Origin: Actinomycetota bacterium | Lineage (GTDB): Bacteria; Actinomycetota; Acidimicrobiia; Acidimicrobiales; CADCSY01 | Reading direction: 5' to 3' | NCBI GenBank assembly: GCA_019348335.1 | Contig: JAHWJR010000006.1 | Coordinates: 1-32,216, forward strand | Length of the DNA stretch: 32,216 bases | Shown: positions 19,597-27,646 of the stretch, one piece after another | Layout: the number at the start of each line of letters is the position of its first letter | Position numbering within the stretch: position 1 is the stretch's first letter | Translations under genes and position numbers: made by a program | Notes under the pieces: generated by a model | The model's database searches: none | What the model saw: the letters and a program-made list of their open reading frames with translations, nothing else | Told to the model about the DNA's origin: nothing

Positions 19597-20142
19597 GTGC
19601 CCCCGGCCGCACCCAACGCCACCGACCTGGGCGGCCTGGTGGTGCCCGACGCCCGGACCGGTGAGCCCGTCGACCTCGGCGCCACGCCCGCCTTCGGCGT
19701 GCTGACGATCATCCGCCACCGCTACTGACTGCCCTGCCAGCAGCACCTGGTCGAGGTGCGGAACCGCCGGGAAGCGCTCGAGGCACTCGGGGCCACGGCG
19801 GTGGCCGTGGGCTTCAGCCCGCCCGACGCCCTGGCCCACCTGGCCGACCACCTCGAGTGGCCCTGGCCCTTCCTGGCCGACACCGAGCGGACGGTCTACG
19901 CCCGGCTGGGACTGCCCCGCGCCTCGCTGCGGGACGTCTACTCCACCGGGACGATGCAGCGGTACCGGCAGGCCGCGGCCGCCGGCGAGCCCGTCCACGC
20001 CCCGGTCGAGGACGCTCGCCAGCTGGGGGGCGACGCCGTGGTGCGGGCCGGGCGGGTGGTGCGGCTGTTCCGGCCGGCAACCCCCGACGACCGCCCGCCG
20101 GTGGACGTCCTCGTCGGCGCCGTGGCCGAGGCCGCCCGGTAG
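19597..20142 (+). CDS. Thioredoxin-fold AhpC/TSA (PRXL2-like) redoxin with an in-frame TGA at the first Cys of CxxC: candidate selenoprotein, or a pseudogene
   Basis: Track ORF 19756..20142 continues in the same frame upstream through one TGA (19726-19728) to the GTG at 19597, the first start codon after the stop at 19501. Own translation: (M)PPAAPNATDLGGLVVPDARTGEPVDLGATPAFGVLTIIRHRY[TGA]LPCQQHLVEVRNRREALEALGATAVAVGFSPP...WPWPFLADTERTVYARLGL... The family motif is xRHxGCxxC, so the TGA falls on the first Cys. Confidence 0.5.
19743..19759 (+). promoter_or_regulatory. Short hairpin downstream of the in-frame TGA (possible bacterial SECIS apex)
   Basis: GCACC (19743-19747), loop UGGUCGA, then GGUGC (19755-19759). 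The loop starts about 20 nt after the UGA and contains GGU. The stem is only 5 bp plus one further C-G pair beyond a mismatch. Confidence 0.2.
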
Positions 20143-20153
20143 CCTCCCTGGCC

Positions 20154-21776
20154 ATGGCGCCGCCGCCCCCGTTCCCGGGCGAGCAGTCCGGCGCCGGCGT
20201 CCGGGCGCTGCTGGAGGAGCGGGCCCGGCGGCTCGGGCCCCACCGATTCCTGACCCTCCCGGGTGCATCGCTGACCTACGCCGAGACCGACGAGGTGGCC
20301 AACCGGGCGGCCAACGCGCTGGCCGCCCTCGGGTGCGGCGCCGGCGACGTGGTGATGGCCCGGTGCGGGAACGGGCTGCCGCTCGTGGCGACCTGGTTCG
20401 CCTGCATGAAGCTGGGCGCGGTGTTCATGCCGGTCAACCCCCTGCTGCGGGGTGAGCCCCTGCGCCGGGTGATGGCCCACGCCGGCGGGCAGGTGGTGGT
20501 GTGCGATGCCGGTCTCCACCCCGAGCTGGCGGTGGTGGCGCCGGGGCTTCCCGAGCTGCGGCACACGCTGGTCGCCGGCGGGCCGGCGCCGGCCGGCACC
20601 TCCTCGTGGGAGGCGGTGGTCGGCGCCGCCCCGTCCACTGCACCCCCTCCTCCACCGGACGACCCGGCGGCGCCGACCAAGCTCATGTACACCTCGGGCA
20701 CGACCGGGGTGCCCAAGGGCGTGGTCTGGAGCCGGGCGTGCGAGGCGACCTGGGCCCGGTGCTACGGCGACGAGCTCATTCCCCTCGCCGAGGGGGAGAC
20801 CGTCTACTCGTGCCTGCCGCTGTCCCACGTGACCTGCCAGGGCACCACCCTCGCCGCCCTGTGGAACGGCGCCTCCGCCAGCATCGACGCCTCGTTCGAC
20901 CCCTACGGCTTCTGGCGCCGGGTACGGGCGGCGGAGGCGGTGGCCTTCAGCTTCGTGGGCACGATCCTGTCGGTGCTGGGCCGGCGCCCGCCCCAGCCCG
21001 ACGACGGCGACAACCCCGTGCGCCGGGCCCTCGGCGCCGGCGCGCCGGCGTCGGGCTGGCGGACCTTCGAGCGCCGTTTCGGCCTCACCATCGTCGACGT
21101 GTGGGGCCAGACCGAGACGGCGTCGTGCTGGACGATGCCCGAACGCCTGCCCCAGCGCCCGGGAACGGTGGGCCGGCCGGCGCCTCGCTTCGCCGCCCGC
21201 CTGGTCGCCGACACGGGTGCCGAGGCGGCGGGAGGCGAGGTCGGCGAGCTGTGGATCCGGCCCCACCGGGCACTGGCCATGTTCAGCGGCTACCTGGGCG
21301 AGGACGGACGGCTGCTCCCGCCCGGGGACGGCGAGGGGTGGTACCACACCGGTGACCTGATGCGCCGCCACGACGACGGTGAGCTGTCCTTCCTCGGGCG
21401 CCGGCGCGACGCCATCCGCCGGCGGGGGGAGATGATCGCCGCCGACGACGTCGAGGCCGGGGCCCTCGCCCATCCCGGTGTGCTGGAGGCGGCCGCCGTA
21501 GGGGTCCCCGCCGAGGACGAGGCCGACGAGGACGTCAAGCTCTCCGTGGTGCCGCGGCCCGGCGCCGTTCTCGACCCGGTCGAGCTCCACGGGTTCCTGC
21601 GAGCGCAGCTTCCCCGCTTCATGGTGCCCCGGTTCCTCGACGTGCGGGCCGAGCTGCCCAAGACCCCCACGACCCGGGTCCAGAAGTACCGGCTCCAGGA
21701 AGAGGGCACCGCCGGCTGCTGGGACGCCCGGCCGGCGCTCAGGAGGCGAGGACCCGCTCGAGCACCTGGACCTTGA
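20154..21776 (+). CDS. AMP-dependent acyl-CoA synthetase/ligase (class I adenylate-forming enzyme)
   Basis: MAPPPPFPGEQ..., LMYTSGTTGVPKGVVWS (AMP-binding motif), GQTETAS, YHTGDL and PKTPTTRVQKYRL. The ATG at 20154 is in frame with track ORF 19857..21776 and lies 11 nt after the redoxin stop. Confidence 0.85.
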   Translation: MAPPPPFPGEQSGAGVRALLEERARRLGPHRFLTLPGASLTYAETDEVANRAANALAALGCGAGDVVMARCGNGLPLVATWFACMKLGAVFMPVNPLLRGEPLRRVMAHAGGQVVVCDAGLHPELAVVAPGLPELRHTLVAGGPAPAGTSSWEAVVGAAPSTAPPPPPDDPAAPTKLMYTSGTTGVPKGVVWSRACEATWARCYGDELIPLAEGETVYSCLPLSHVTCQGTTLAALWNGASASIDASFDPYGFWRRVRAAEAVAFSFVGTILSVLGRRPPQPDDGDNPVRRALGAGAPASGWRTFERRFGLTIVDVWGQTETASCWTMPERLPQRPGTVGRPAPRFAARLVADTGAEAAGGEVGELWIRPHRALAMFSGYLGEDGRLLPPGDGEGWYHTGDLMRRHDDGELSFLGRRRDAIRRRGEMIAADDVEAGALAHPGVLEAAAVGVPAEDEADEDVKLSVVPRPGAVLDPVELHGFLRAQLPRFMVPRFLDVRAELPKTPTTRVQKYRLQEEGTAGCWDARPALRRRGPARAPGP

Positions 21777-22521
21777 GCTCGACGAAGCGGGGATCACGCA
21801 GCGTGGCCCGGCCCCGCTCCGCACCGAAGGAGATGCGGCTGGACTCGATCACCCGGCTGGGCCGCCGGCCGAGCAGTGCCAACCGGTCGCCCAACAGGAG
21901 GGCCTCCTCGACGTCGTGGGTCACCAGCACCACGGTCGTGGGTCGCTCGGCCAGCAGGCCTCGCAGCCACTCGTGCATGCGCAGACGGGTCTGGGCGTCG
22001 AGGGCCCCGAAGGGCTCGTCGAGCAACAGCACCGGTGGCCGGTTGGCCAGGACCTGGGCGATGGCGGCGCGCTGGCGCATGCCGCCGGACAGCTGGCGGG
22101 GCAGGGCGTCGGCGAAGCCGGTCAGCCCGGTGGCCACCAGCAGCTCGTCGGCCACGGCATCGGCGTCGGATCGGCGGGCAGCCGATGGTCCCCACGCCAG
22201 GTTGTCCCGCAGCGACAGCCAGGGGAACAGCGTCGCACCCTGGGCGACCATGGGGTGCGTGGGCGAGGGGCCACGCAGTGGCTCGCCTCCCAGGGTGATG
22301 GTGCCGTCGTCGGGCTCCTCCAGGCCGGCCAGCAGCCGGAGCAACGTCGACTTGCCGCAGCCGCTGGGCCCCAGCACGGCGGCCACCTCCCCGGCGGCCA
22401 CGCTCAGGTCGACACCGTCGAGCACCTGCACGGCGCCGTAGGACTTGCGCAGCCCCCGCACCTCCAGGTCGGTGGCGACGGCCGTCAGCCCCCCGGCGGA
22501 GCGGACCGGCGAGGGGCTCAC
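21739..22521 (-). CDS. ABC transporter ATP-binding protein (NitT/TauT family: nitrate/sulfonate/bicarbonate-type)
   Basis: Walker A GPSGCGKST, signature LSGGMRQR, Walker B LLLDEPF. The GTG at 22521 overlaps the permease stop (GTGA) and is in frame with track ORF 21739..23673. Confidence 0.9.
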   Translation of the reverse strand: MSPSPVRSAGGLTAVATDLEVRGLRKSYGAVQVLDGVDLSVAAGEVAAVLGPSGCGKSTLLRLLAGLEEPDDGTITLGGEPLRGPSPTHPMVAQGATLFPWLSLRDNLAWGPSAARRSDADAVADELLVATGLTGFADALPRQLSGGMRQRAAIAQVLANRPPVLLLDEPFGALDAQTRLRMHEWLRGLLAERPTTVVLVTHDVEEALLLGDRLALLGRRPSRVIESSRISFGAERGRATLRDPRFVELKVQVLERVLAS

Positions 22522-23420
22522 CGGTCGCTCCACGCCACGAAGGGGCGGGCGGCGGCACGCAGGATCAGGTCGCCGGTCAGGCCCACGAGGGCGAAGGTGG
22601 CCATGCCCACGATGATGTGGTCGAGCCGGCCCACCTCCCGGGCGGCCCACATCATGGCCCCCACCCCCGACGTGGTGCCGGTGAGCTCGCCCACGATCAC
22701 GCTCATCCACCCGAGGGTCAGCCCCAGGCGCAGGCCGGTGACGATGGCCGGCAGCGCCGCGGGAAGGTAGACCTTGCGGCCCAGGTCCCGCCTGCGGGTG
22801 CCCAGCATGACGGCGCCGTCGACCAACGCCCGTGGCACCCGCGAGGCGCCGTCGGCGGTGGCGATCACGATGGGGAACAGCGCGCCCACGAACACCAGGT
22901 AGCGGGCGGCGCCCTCGCCCAGCCCGAACCACACCAGGGCGATGGGCAGCCAGGCGGTGATGGGGATCGACCGGAGGGCCTGCACCAGCGGGTCGAGCAG
23001 CTCGGCGGTGCGCCGGGACAGCCCGATCGCCGCCCCCAGGGGCACGCCCACGGCCACCGCCAGGGCGAAGGCCACCAGCCACCGGCCCACGCTGGCGCCG
23101 ACGTGGCGGCCAGCGGCGCCGTCGAAGGGCGTCACGCCCGGCAGCGTGGCGCCCCCACCACCGGCCACGAACGCCCACCCGGCCTCCACGACCCTGCCCG
23201 GCGACGGCAAAAGGCGGGGCGACACCCAGCCGGCGGCGCTGGCCAGCGCCCAGACCGTCACCAACAACGCCGGCACCACCAGGCCGAGCAGGCGGCGCCG
23301 GCGGCGCCGGGGACGACCGCTCGGGGTGATGACCGGTTCGCGCTCGTCGAGACCGCCGGGATCGTCCGGGCCCGGGGCGGTGTGCTCGGCCACGGCGGCC
23401 GTCCCGGATGTGGTGCTCAC
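22518..23420 (-). CDS. ABC transporter permease (NitT/TauT family)
   Basis: Has about six TM helices and an EAA-like loop (ADGASRVPRALVDGAVMLGTRRRDLGRKVYLPAALP). The GTG at 23420 overlaps the binding-protein stop (GTGA) and is in frame with track ORF 22518..23624. Confidence 0.85.
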   Translation of the reverse strand: MSTTSGTAAVAEHTAPGPDDPGGLDEREPVITPSGRPRRRRRRLLGLVVPALLVTVWALASAAGWVSPRLLPSPGRVVEAGWAFVAGGGGATLPGVTPFDGAAGRHVGASVGRWLVAFALAVAVGVPLGAAIGLSRRTAELLDPLVQALRSIPITAWLPIALVWFGLGEGAARYLVFVGALFPIVIATADGASRVPRALVDGAVMLGTRRRDLGRKVYLPAALPAIVTGLRLGLTLGWMSVIVGELTGTTSGVGAMMWAAREVGRLDHIIVGMATFALVGLTGDLILRAAARPFVAWSDR

Positions 23421-24481
23421 CGGTCGGGGAGGTGGTCGAGCAGGTAGAGGGACTCGTAGTCGGGCTCGCGGCTGAGCACCCCGGTGGAGAGCATGATCTC
23501 GCCGGCGCCCTCGACCTGGGACCGCCGGCGGTCGTCGAAGTCCCACTCGGCGCCGATGTTGGACAGCACCTCGCCGGCCACGTCCTCGGCGTAGCCGAAC
23601 TGGCCCACCAGCAGGTCGTGCCACACCTCCTCGTCGTTGTCACCGCCCGGGGTGAGGTGCTCGGCGGCGTCACGTTGCATCCGCACCACCGCGGCGAGCA
23701 GATCGTCGTCGTCCTGCACGTGGGGCGCGGCCCACATGGCGGTGTTGAAGTCGCCCACCGGCGTGGTGTACACGTCGAGGCGCCGCGCCACCCCGTCGAC
23801 CACGCTCTGGGTCACAGGCGGCTCAGTGCCCATGTAGGCGTCGACGTCGCCCCGCTCCAGGGCAGCGGCGTGGTCGGCGTACCCGAGAGGGATGGCGGTG
23901 ACGTCACGGTCGAGCTCGAGGCCGGCCTGGGCCAGCAGGGTGGTGAGCACAAGGACCTGCACGCCGGGCGGCGGCACCGCCACCCGCTTGCCGGCCAGGT
24001 CCTCGACGCTCTCGATGCCCCGGTCGGTCCGGGCGGCCAGGCCGATCCCCTGGCGCGAGCACATGCAGATGATCTTGGAGCGGAAGCCCTGCTCCGCCTC
24101 GATGAGGGTGTTGTAGGGGCCCATGAGCCCGAAGTCGAGGTCGCCGGCGTCCATGGCCCGGTTGATGTCGCTGGCGCTGGTGAAGATCTGCGGCTCGACG
24201 GTGAGGCCCTCGGGGGCGAACTGCTGCCAGAACAGCGGTGACGAGGCGTGGTTCTTGGCGTAGAGGGCCACGCTGATGGTGCGGCCGGCGAACGACGTGC
24301 CCCGGTCGTCGGTGGGGCCGGGGGCCGGCGCCCCACTCGAGGCGTCGCCGCCGTCTCCGCACCCGGCCAGGGCCAAGCCGGCGACACCGGCGCCCGCCCA
24401 GCCGAGGAGGCGACGCCGGGACACGCGAAGAGCGAGGTCGGGCGGGGGGCCTTCCGTCGACGCCGGCGGGCGATGGTCCAT
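23417..24481 (-). CDS. ABC transporter substrate-binding lipoprotein (NMT1/SsuA-like) with a Tat-type signal
   Basis: Twin-arginine motif SRRRLLGWAG followed by the lipobox LAGC. The mature domain resembles sulfonate/nitrate-type binding proteins. A strong SD, GGGAGGAA, precedes the ATG at 24481. Confidence 0.85.
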   Translation of the reverse strand: MDHRPPASTEGPPPDLALRVSRRRLLGWAGAGVAGLALAGCGDGGDASSGAPAPGPTDDRGTSFAGRTISVALYAKNHASSPLFWQQFAPEGLTVEPQIFTSASDINRAMDAGDLDFGLMGPYNTLIEAEQGFRSKIICMCSRQGIGLAARTDRGIESVEDLAGKRVAVPPPGVQVLVLTTLLAQAGLELDRDVTAIPLGYADHAAALERGDVDAYMGTEPPVTQSVVDGVARRLDVYTTPVGDFNTAMWAAPHVQDDDDLLAAVVRMQRDAAEHLTPGGDNDEEVWHDLLVGQFGYAEDVAGEVLSNIGAEWDFDDRRRSQVEGAGEIMLSTGVLSREPDYESLYLLDHLPDR

Positions 24482-24584
24482 GGTTCCTCCCGAGTGCCGT
24501 GGTCCCGCGCTGACGGGATCACTTCAACCTCTGTTTGAACCTAGCGGCCCCGCTTCCGCCGGGCACCAGCGCCGCGCGAAGGCC

Positions 24585-26114
24585 TTAGGGGGCGCTCAAC
24601 AGGACGGGAACGGCGTCGCGGGCGAAGTCGACGACGGGTGACGGGAGTATCCCCACGACGATGGTGAAGGCCACGGCCACGCCCAGGGCCAGAGCGGCGC
24701 CGGGCGGCACTCGCACGGCCGGTCTGGTGACGGCTTCGGCTCCCTCGGTCTCGTCGCCCATGTACATGGCGACGGTGATGCGCAGGTAGACGAAGGCGGC
24801 GACCACGGCCGACAGCATGGCGATCAGGGCCAAGGCGTAGCTGTCGGCCTCCACGGCGGCGCCGATCACGTAGAACTTGGCCAGGAACCCGGAGGTCAGC
24901 GGCACCCCGGCCTGGGCCAGCAGCAGCACGGTGAAGGCCAGCGCCAGGAGCGGTCGCCGGCGCGACAGGCCCCGGTAGGCGGACAGGCCGTGATCGGCGT
25001 CACCCCGGCCCCCGACCAGGGTGGCCACCCCGAAGCTGCCCACCACCATGAACGTGTAGGCCAACAGGTAGAACAGGGCGCCGGCGATGCCTCGGTCGCT
25101 GGCCGCCTCGGCGCCCACGAGGATGAAGCCGGCGTGGCTGATGGAGCTGTAGGCCAGCATCCGCTTCACGTCGCTCTGGACGACGGCCAGGAACGAGCCC
25201 ACGAGCAGGCTGAGCACGGCCAGCCCCCACATGAGGGGCCGCCAGTCGAGGCGGTAGACGTCGAAGGTCGACACGAACACCCGCAGCAGGGCGGCGAAGC
25301 CGGCCGCCTTGGAGGCTGACGCCATGAAGGCGGTGACCGGGGTGGGCGCTCCCTGGTAGACGTCGGGCGTCCAGACGTGGAAGGGCACGGCGGCCACCTT
25401 GAAGCCCAGCCCCACCAGCAGCAGGGCGAACCCGGCCAGCAGCAGGCCGTTGGAGGCCAGCACGTTGCCGCTCAGGAAGCCGGCGATGGCCCCGAAGTTG
25501 GTGGACCCGGTGGCGCCGTACACCAGGGCGATGCCGTAGAGCAGGAAGGCCGACGAGAACGAGCCCAGCACGAAGTACTTGATGGCCGACTCCTGCGACT
25601 CGAGGCGTCGCAGGTGGAGCCCGGCCATGACGTAGAGGGCGATGGAGAGCGTCTCGAGACCGAGGAAGACCACGATCAGGTCGTTGGCCATGGCCATCAC
25701 CACGCCGCCGGTGCCCGACAGCAGCATGAGCACGTAGAGCTCGGGACCGTCGAGGCCCTCCCGGCGCAGGTAGTCGTCGGCCAGGAGTGCGCCGAGGGCG
25801 ATGGCGGCGGTGATGGTCACGGCGAAGAAGACGCTGAAGCCGTCGATGGTGATGGCGCCGCCGATGGCGGTGAACGGGCCTCGGCCAGGGTCGGTCACCC
25901 GCTGCCAGAGCAACGCCGAGCACGCCACCGCCAGCGCCGCGGTCACCACGGTGAACAGGGCGTAGAAGCCCCGCGGGGGCCGGCTGCGGGCCAGGGCGGC
26001 GGCGGTGAGCAACACGAGGGCTCCGCCCACCAGCACCAGCAGGGGGGAGACGGCGAACCACTCGATCTCGGGGGTGGCGATGGGCTCGATCTGGGCGATG
26101 ACCGCCGGCGTCAT
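24585..26114 (-). CDS. nuoN: Second NuoN-like antiporter subunit (orphan nuoLMN set)
   Basis: 509 aa, with FKVAAVPFHVWTPDVYQGAPTPVTAFMASASKAAGF. Its ATG overlaps the preceding gene's stop (ATGA at 26111-26114). Confidence 0.9.
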   Translation of the reverse strand: MTPAVIAQIEPIATPEIEWFAVSPLLVLVGGALVLLTAAALARSRPPRGFYALFTVVTAALAVACSALLWQRVTDPGRGPFTAIGGAITIDGFSVFFAVTITAAIALGALLADDYLRREGLDGPELYVLMLLSGTGGVVMAMANDLIVVFLGLETLSIALYVMAGLHLRRLESQESAIKYFVLGSFSSAFLLYGIALVYGATGSTNFGAIAGFLSGNVLASNGLLLAGFALLLVGLGFKVAAVPFHVWTPDVYQGAPTPVTAFMASASKAAGFAALLRVFVSTFDVYRLDWRPLMWGLAVLSLLVGSFLAVVQSDVKRMLAYSSISHAGFILVGAEAASDRGIAGALFYLLAYTFMVVGSFGVATLVGGRGDADHGLSAYRGLSRRRPLLALAFTVLLLAQAGVPLTSGFLAKFYVIGAAVEADSYALALIAMLSAVVAAFVYLRITVAMYMGDETEGAEAVTRPAVRVPPGAALALGVAVAFTIVVGILPSPVVDFARDAVPVLLSAP

Positions 26115-27646
26115 CGTTCGCCCTCCGTCGCCGCCACCTCGGGCTGGCTGAAGTCGGAGCTGGCCTCGACGTGGGCGATCAGGCGGTCGACGGCGGGCTC
26201 GATGCGCTCGAGCACCGGCTTGGGGTACACGCCCAGGAACACGATGGCCGCCAGCAACGGCGCCATGATCAGGCGCTCACGCCGGTCCATGTCCGGGGTC
26301 CCGGCGTTGGCCTCGTCGGGAGCGCCGTGGAACACCCGCTGGTAGGCCCACAGCAGGTACACCGCGGCGAGGATGACGCCCACCGTGGCCACCACCGCCC
26401 ACCACCGTCGGGTGGGGAAGCTGCCGAGGAGGATGAGGAACTCACCCACGAAGCCGTTGAGCCCGGGCAGGCCGATGGAGCTCAGCATCACCACGGTGAA
26501 CACCCCGGCCAGCACCGGCGCTGCCTTCTGCAGCCCCTTCAGCTCGGCGATCTCCCGCGTGTGGCGGCGCTCGTAGATCATGCCCACCAGGAGGAAGAGG
26601 GCACCGGTGGAGATGCCGTGGTTGACCATCTGGATCACCCCGCCCTGGAGCCCCTGGGTGGTGAAGGCGAAGGTGCCGAGCACGATGAAGCCGAGGTGGG
26701 CCACCGACGAGTAGGCCACCAGGCGCTTGAGGTCGCGCTGCATGGCCGCCACCACGGCGCCGTAGATGATGCCGATCACTCCGAGCGTGACGAGGAAGGG
26801 GGCGAAGTACGCCGCCGCCTCGGGGAACAGGTAGAGCCCGAAGCGGAGGAACCCGTAGGTGCCCAGCTTCAACATGACACCGGCCAGGATCACCGAGCCG
26901 GCGGTGGGGGCCTGGGTGTGGGCGTCCGGCAGCCAGGTGTGGAGCGGGAACAGCGGCACCTTCACGGCGAAGGCCACGGCGAAGCCGAGGAACAGCCACC
27001 GGGCGGTGGTCTGGGCGATGCTGCCCTGGGCCTCGGCGATGGTGACCAGGTCGAAGGTCAGCTCCCCGGTGGCCTGCTGGTGCAGGAACGCCAGCGCCAC
27101 GATCCCCACCAGCATGAAGGCCGAGCCGGCCATGGTGAACAGGAAGAACTTGAGGGCGGCGTAGACGCGGTCGCCGTAGCCCCAGCCGCCGATCAGGAAG
27201 TACATCGGCACCAGCACGATCTCGAACATCACGAAGAACAAGAAGAGGTCGAGCGAGAGGAAGACCCCGATGCACCCCGCCTCCAGCAGCAGGAGCCAGG
27301 CCAGGTAGGGCTTGGGATCGTGGTGGGGCCGGACCCCGATCACGGCGATGGGGTACAGCAGCCCGGTGAGCACCACCAGGAACAAGGAGATGCCGTCGAC
27401 GCCCAGGTTCCAGGCGATGCCGAAGTCGGCGATCCAGGTGTACTTCTCACCCAGCTGGAACCCGGCGTCGTTCCCGTCGAAGACCACGAGCAGCCACACG
27501 CTCAGCGCGGCCACCACCAGCGTGGTGGCGACGCCCACGCCCCGCACGAGTGCAGCGTTGCTCCGGGGCACCAGGGCCACGGCCAGCGCACCCAGCACCG
27601 GCACGACGATCAGGGCGGTGAGCAGGGGAAAGCCGAGGTCGTTCAC
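26111..27646 (-). CDS. nuoM: Second NuoM-like antiporter subunit (orphan nuoLMN set)
   Basis: FFVMFEIVLVPMYFLIGGWGYG, KVPLFPLHTWLPDAHTQAPTAGSVILAGVMLKLGTYGF and VAHLGFIVLG. The GTG at 27646 overlaps the nuoL-like stop (GTGA) and is in frame with track ORF 26111..29143. Confidence 0.9.
   Translation of the reverse strand: MNDLGFPLLTALIVVPVLGALAVALVPRSNAALVRGVGVATTLVVAALSVWLLVVFDGNDAGFQLGEKYTWIADFGIAWNLGVDGISLFLVVLTGLLYPIAVIGVRPHHDPKPYLAWLLLLEAGCIGVFLSLDLFLFFVMFEIVLVPMYFLIGGWGYGDRVYAALKFFLFTMAGSAFMLVGIVALAFLHQQATGELTFDLVTIAEAQGSIAQTTARWLFLGFAVAFAVKVPLFPLHTWLPDAHTQAPTAGSVILAGVMLKLGTYGFLRFGLYLFPEAAAYFAPFLVTLGVIGIIYGAVVAAMQRDLKRLVAYSSVAHLGFIVLGTFAFTTQGLQGGVIQMVNHGISTGALFLLVGMIYERRHTREIAELKGLQKAAPVLAGVFTVVMLSSIGLPGLNGFVGEFLILLGSFPTRRWWAVVATVGVILAAVYLLWAYQRVFHGAPDEANAGTPDMDRRERLIMAPLLAAIVFLGVYPKPVLERIEPAVDRLIAHVEASSDFSQPEVAATEGER

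Noticed and set aside
24482-24584. A possible terminator, promoter or small RNA in the 103-nt gap between nuoN2 and the ABC binding-protein gene
   Set aside because: Only imperfect GC-rich pairings and a 5-bp TTCAA/TTGAA stem are visible. There is no convincing -35/-10 pair and no tRNA-like features. I could not support a specific call beyond the clear GGGAGGAA SD of the binding-protein gene.
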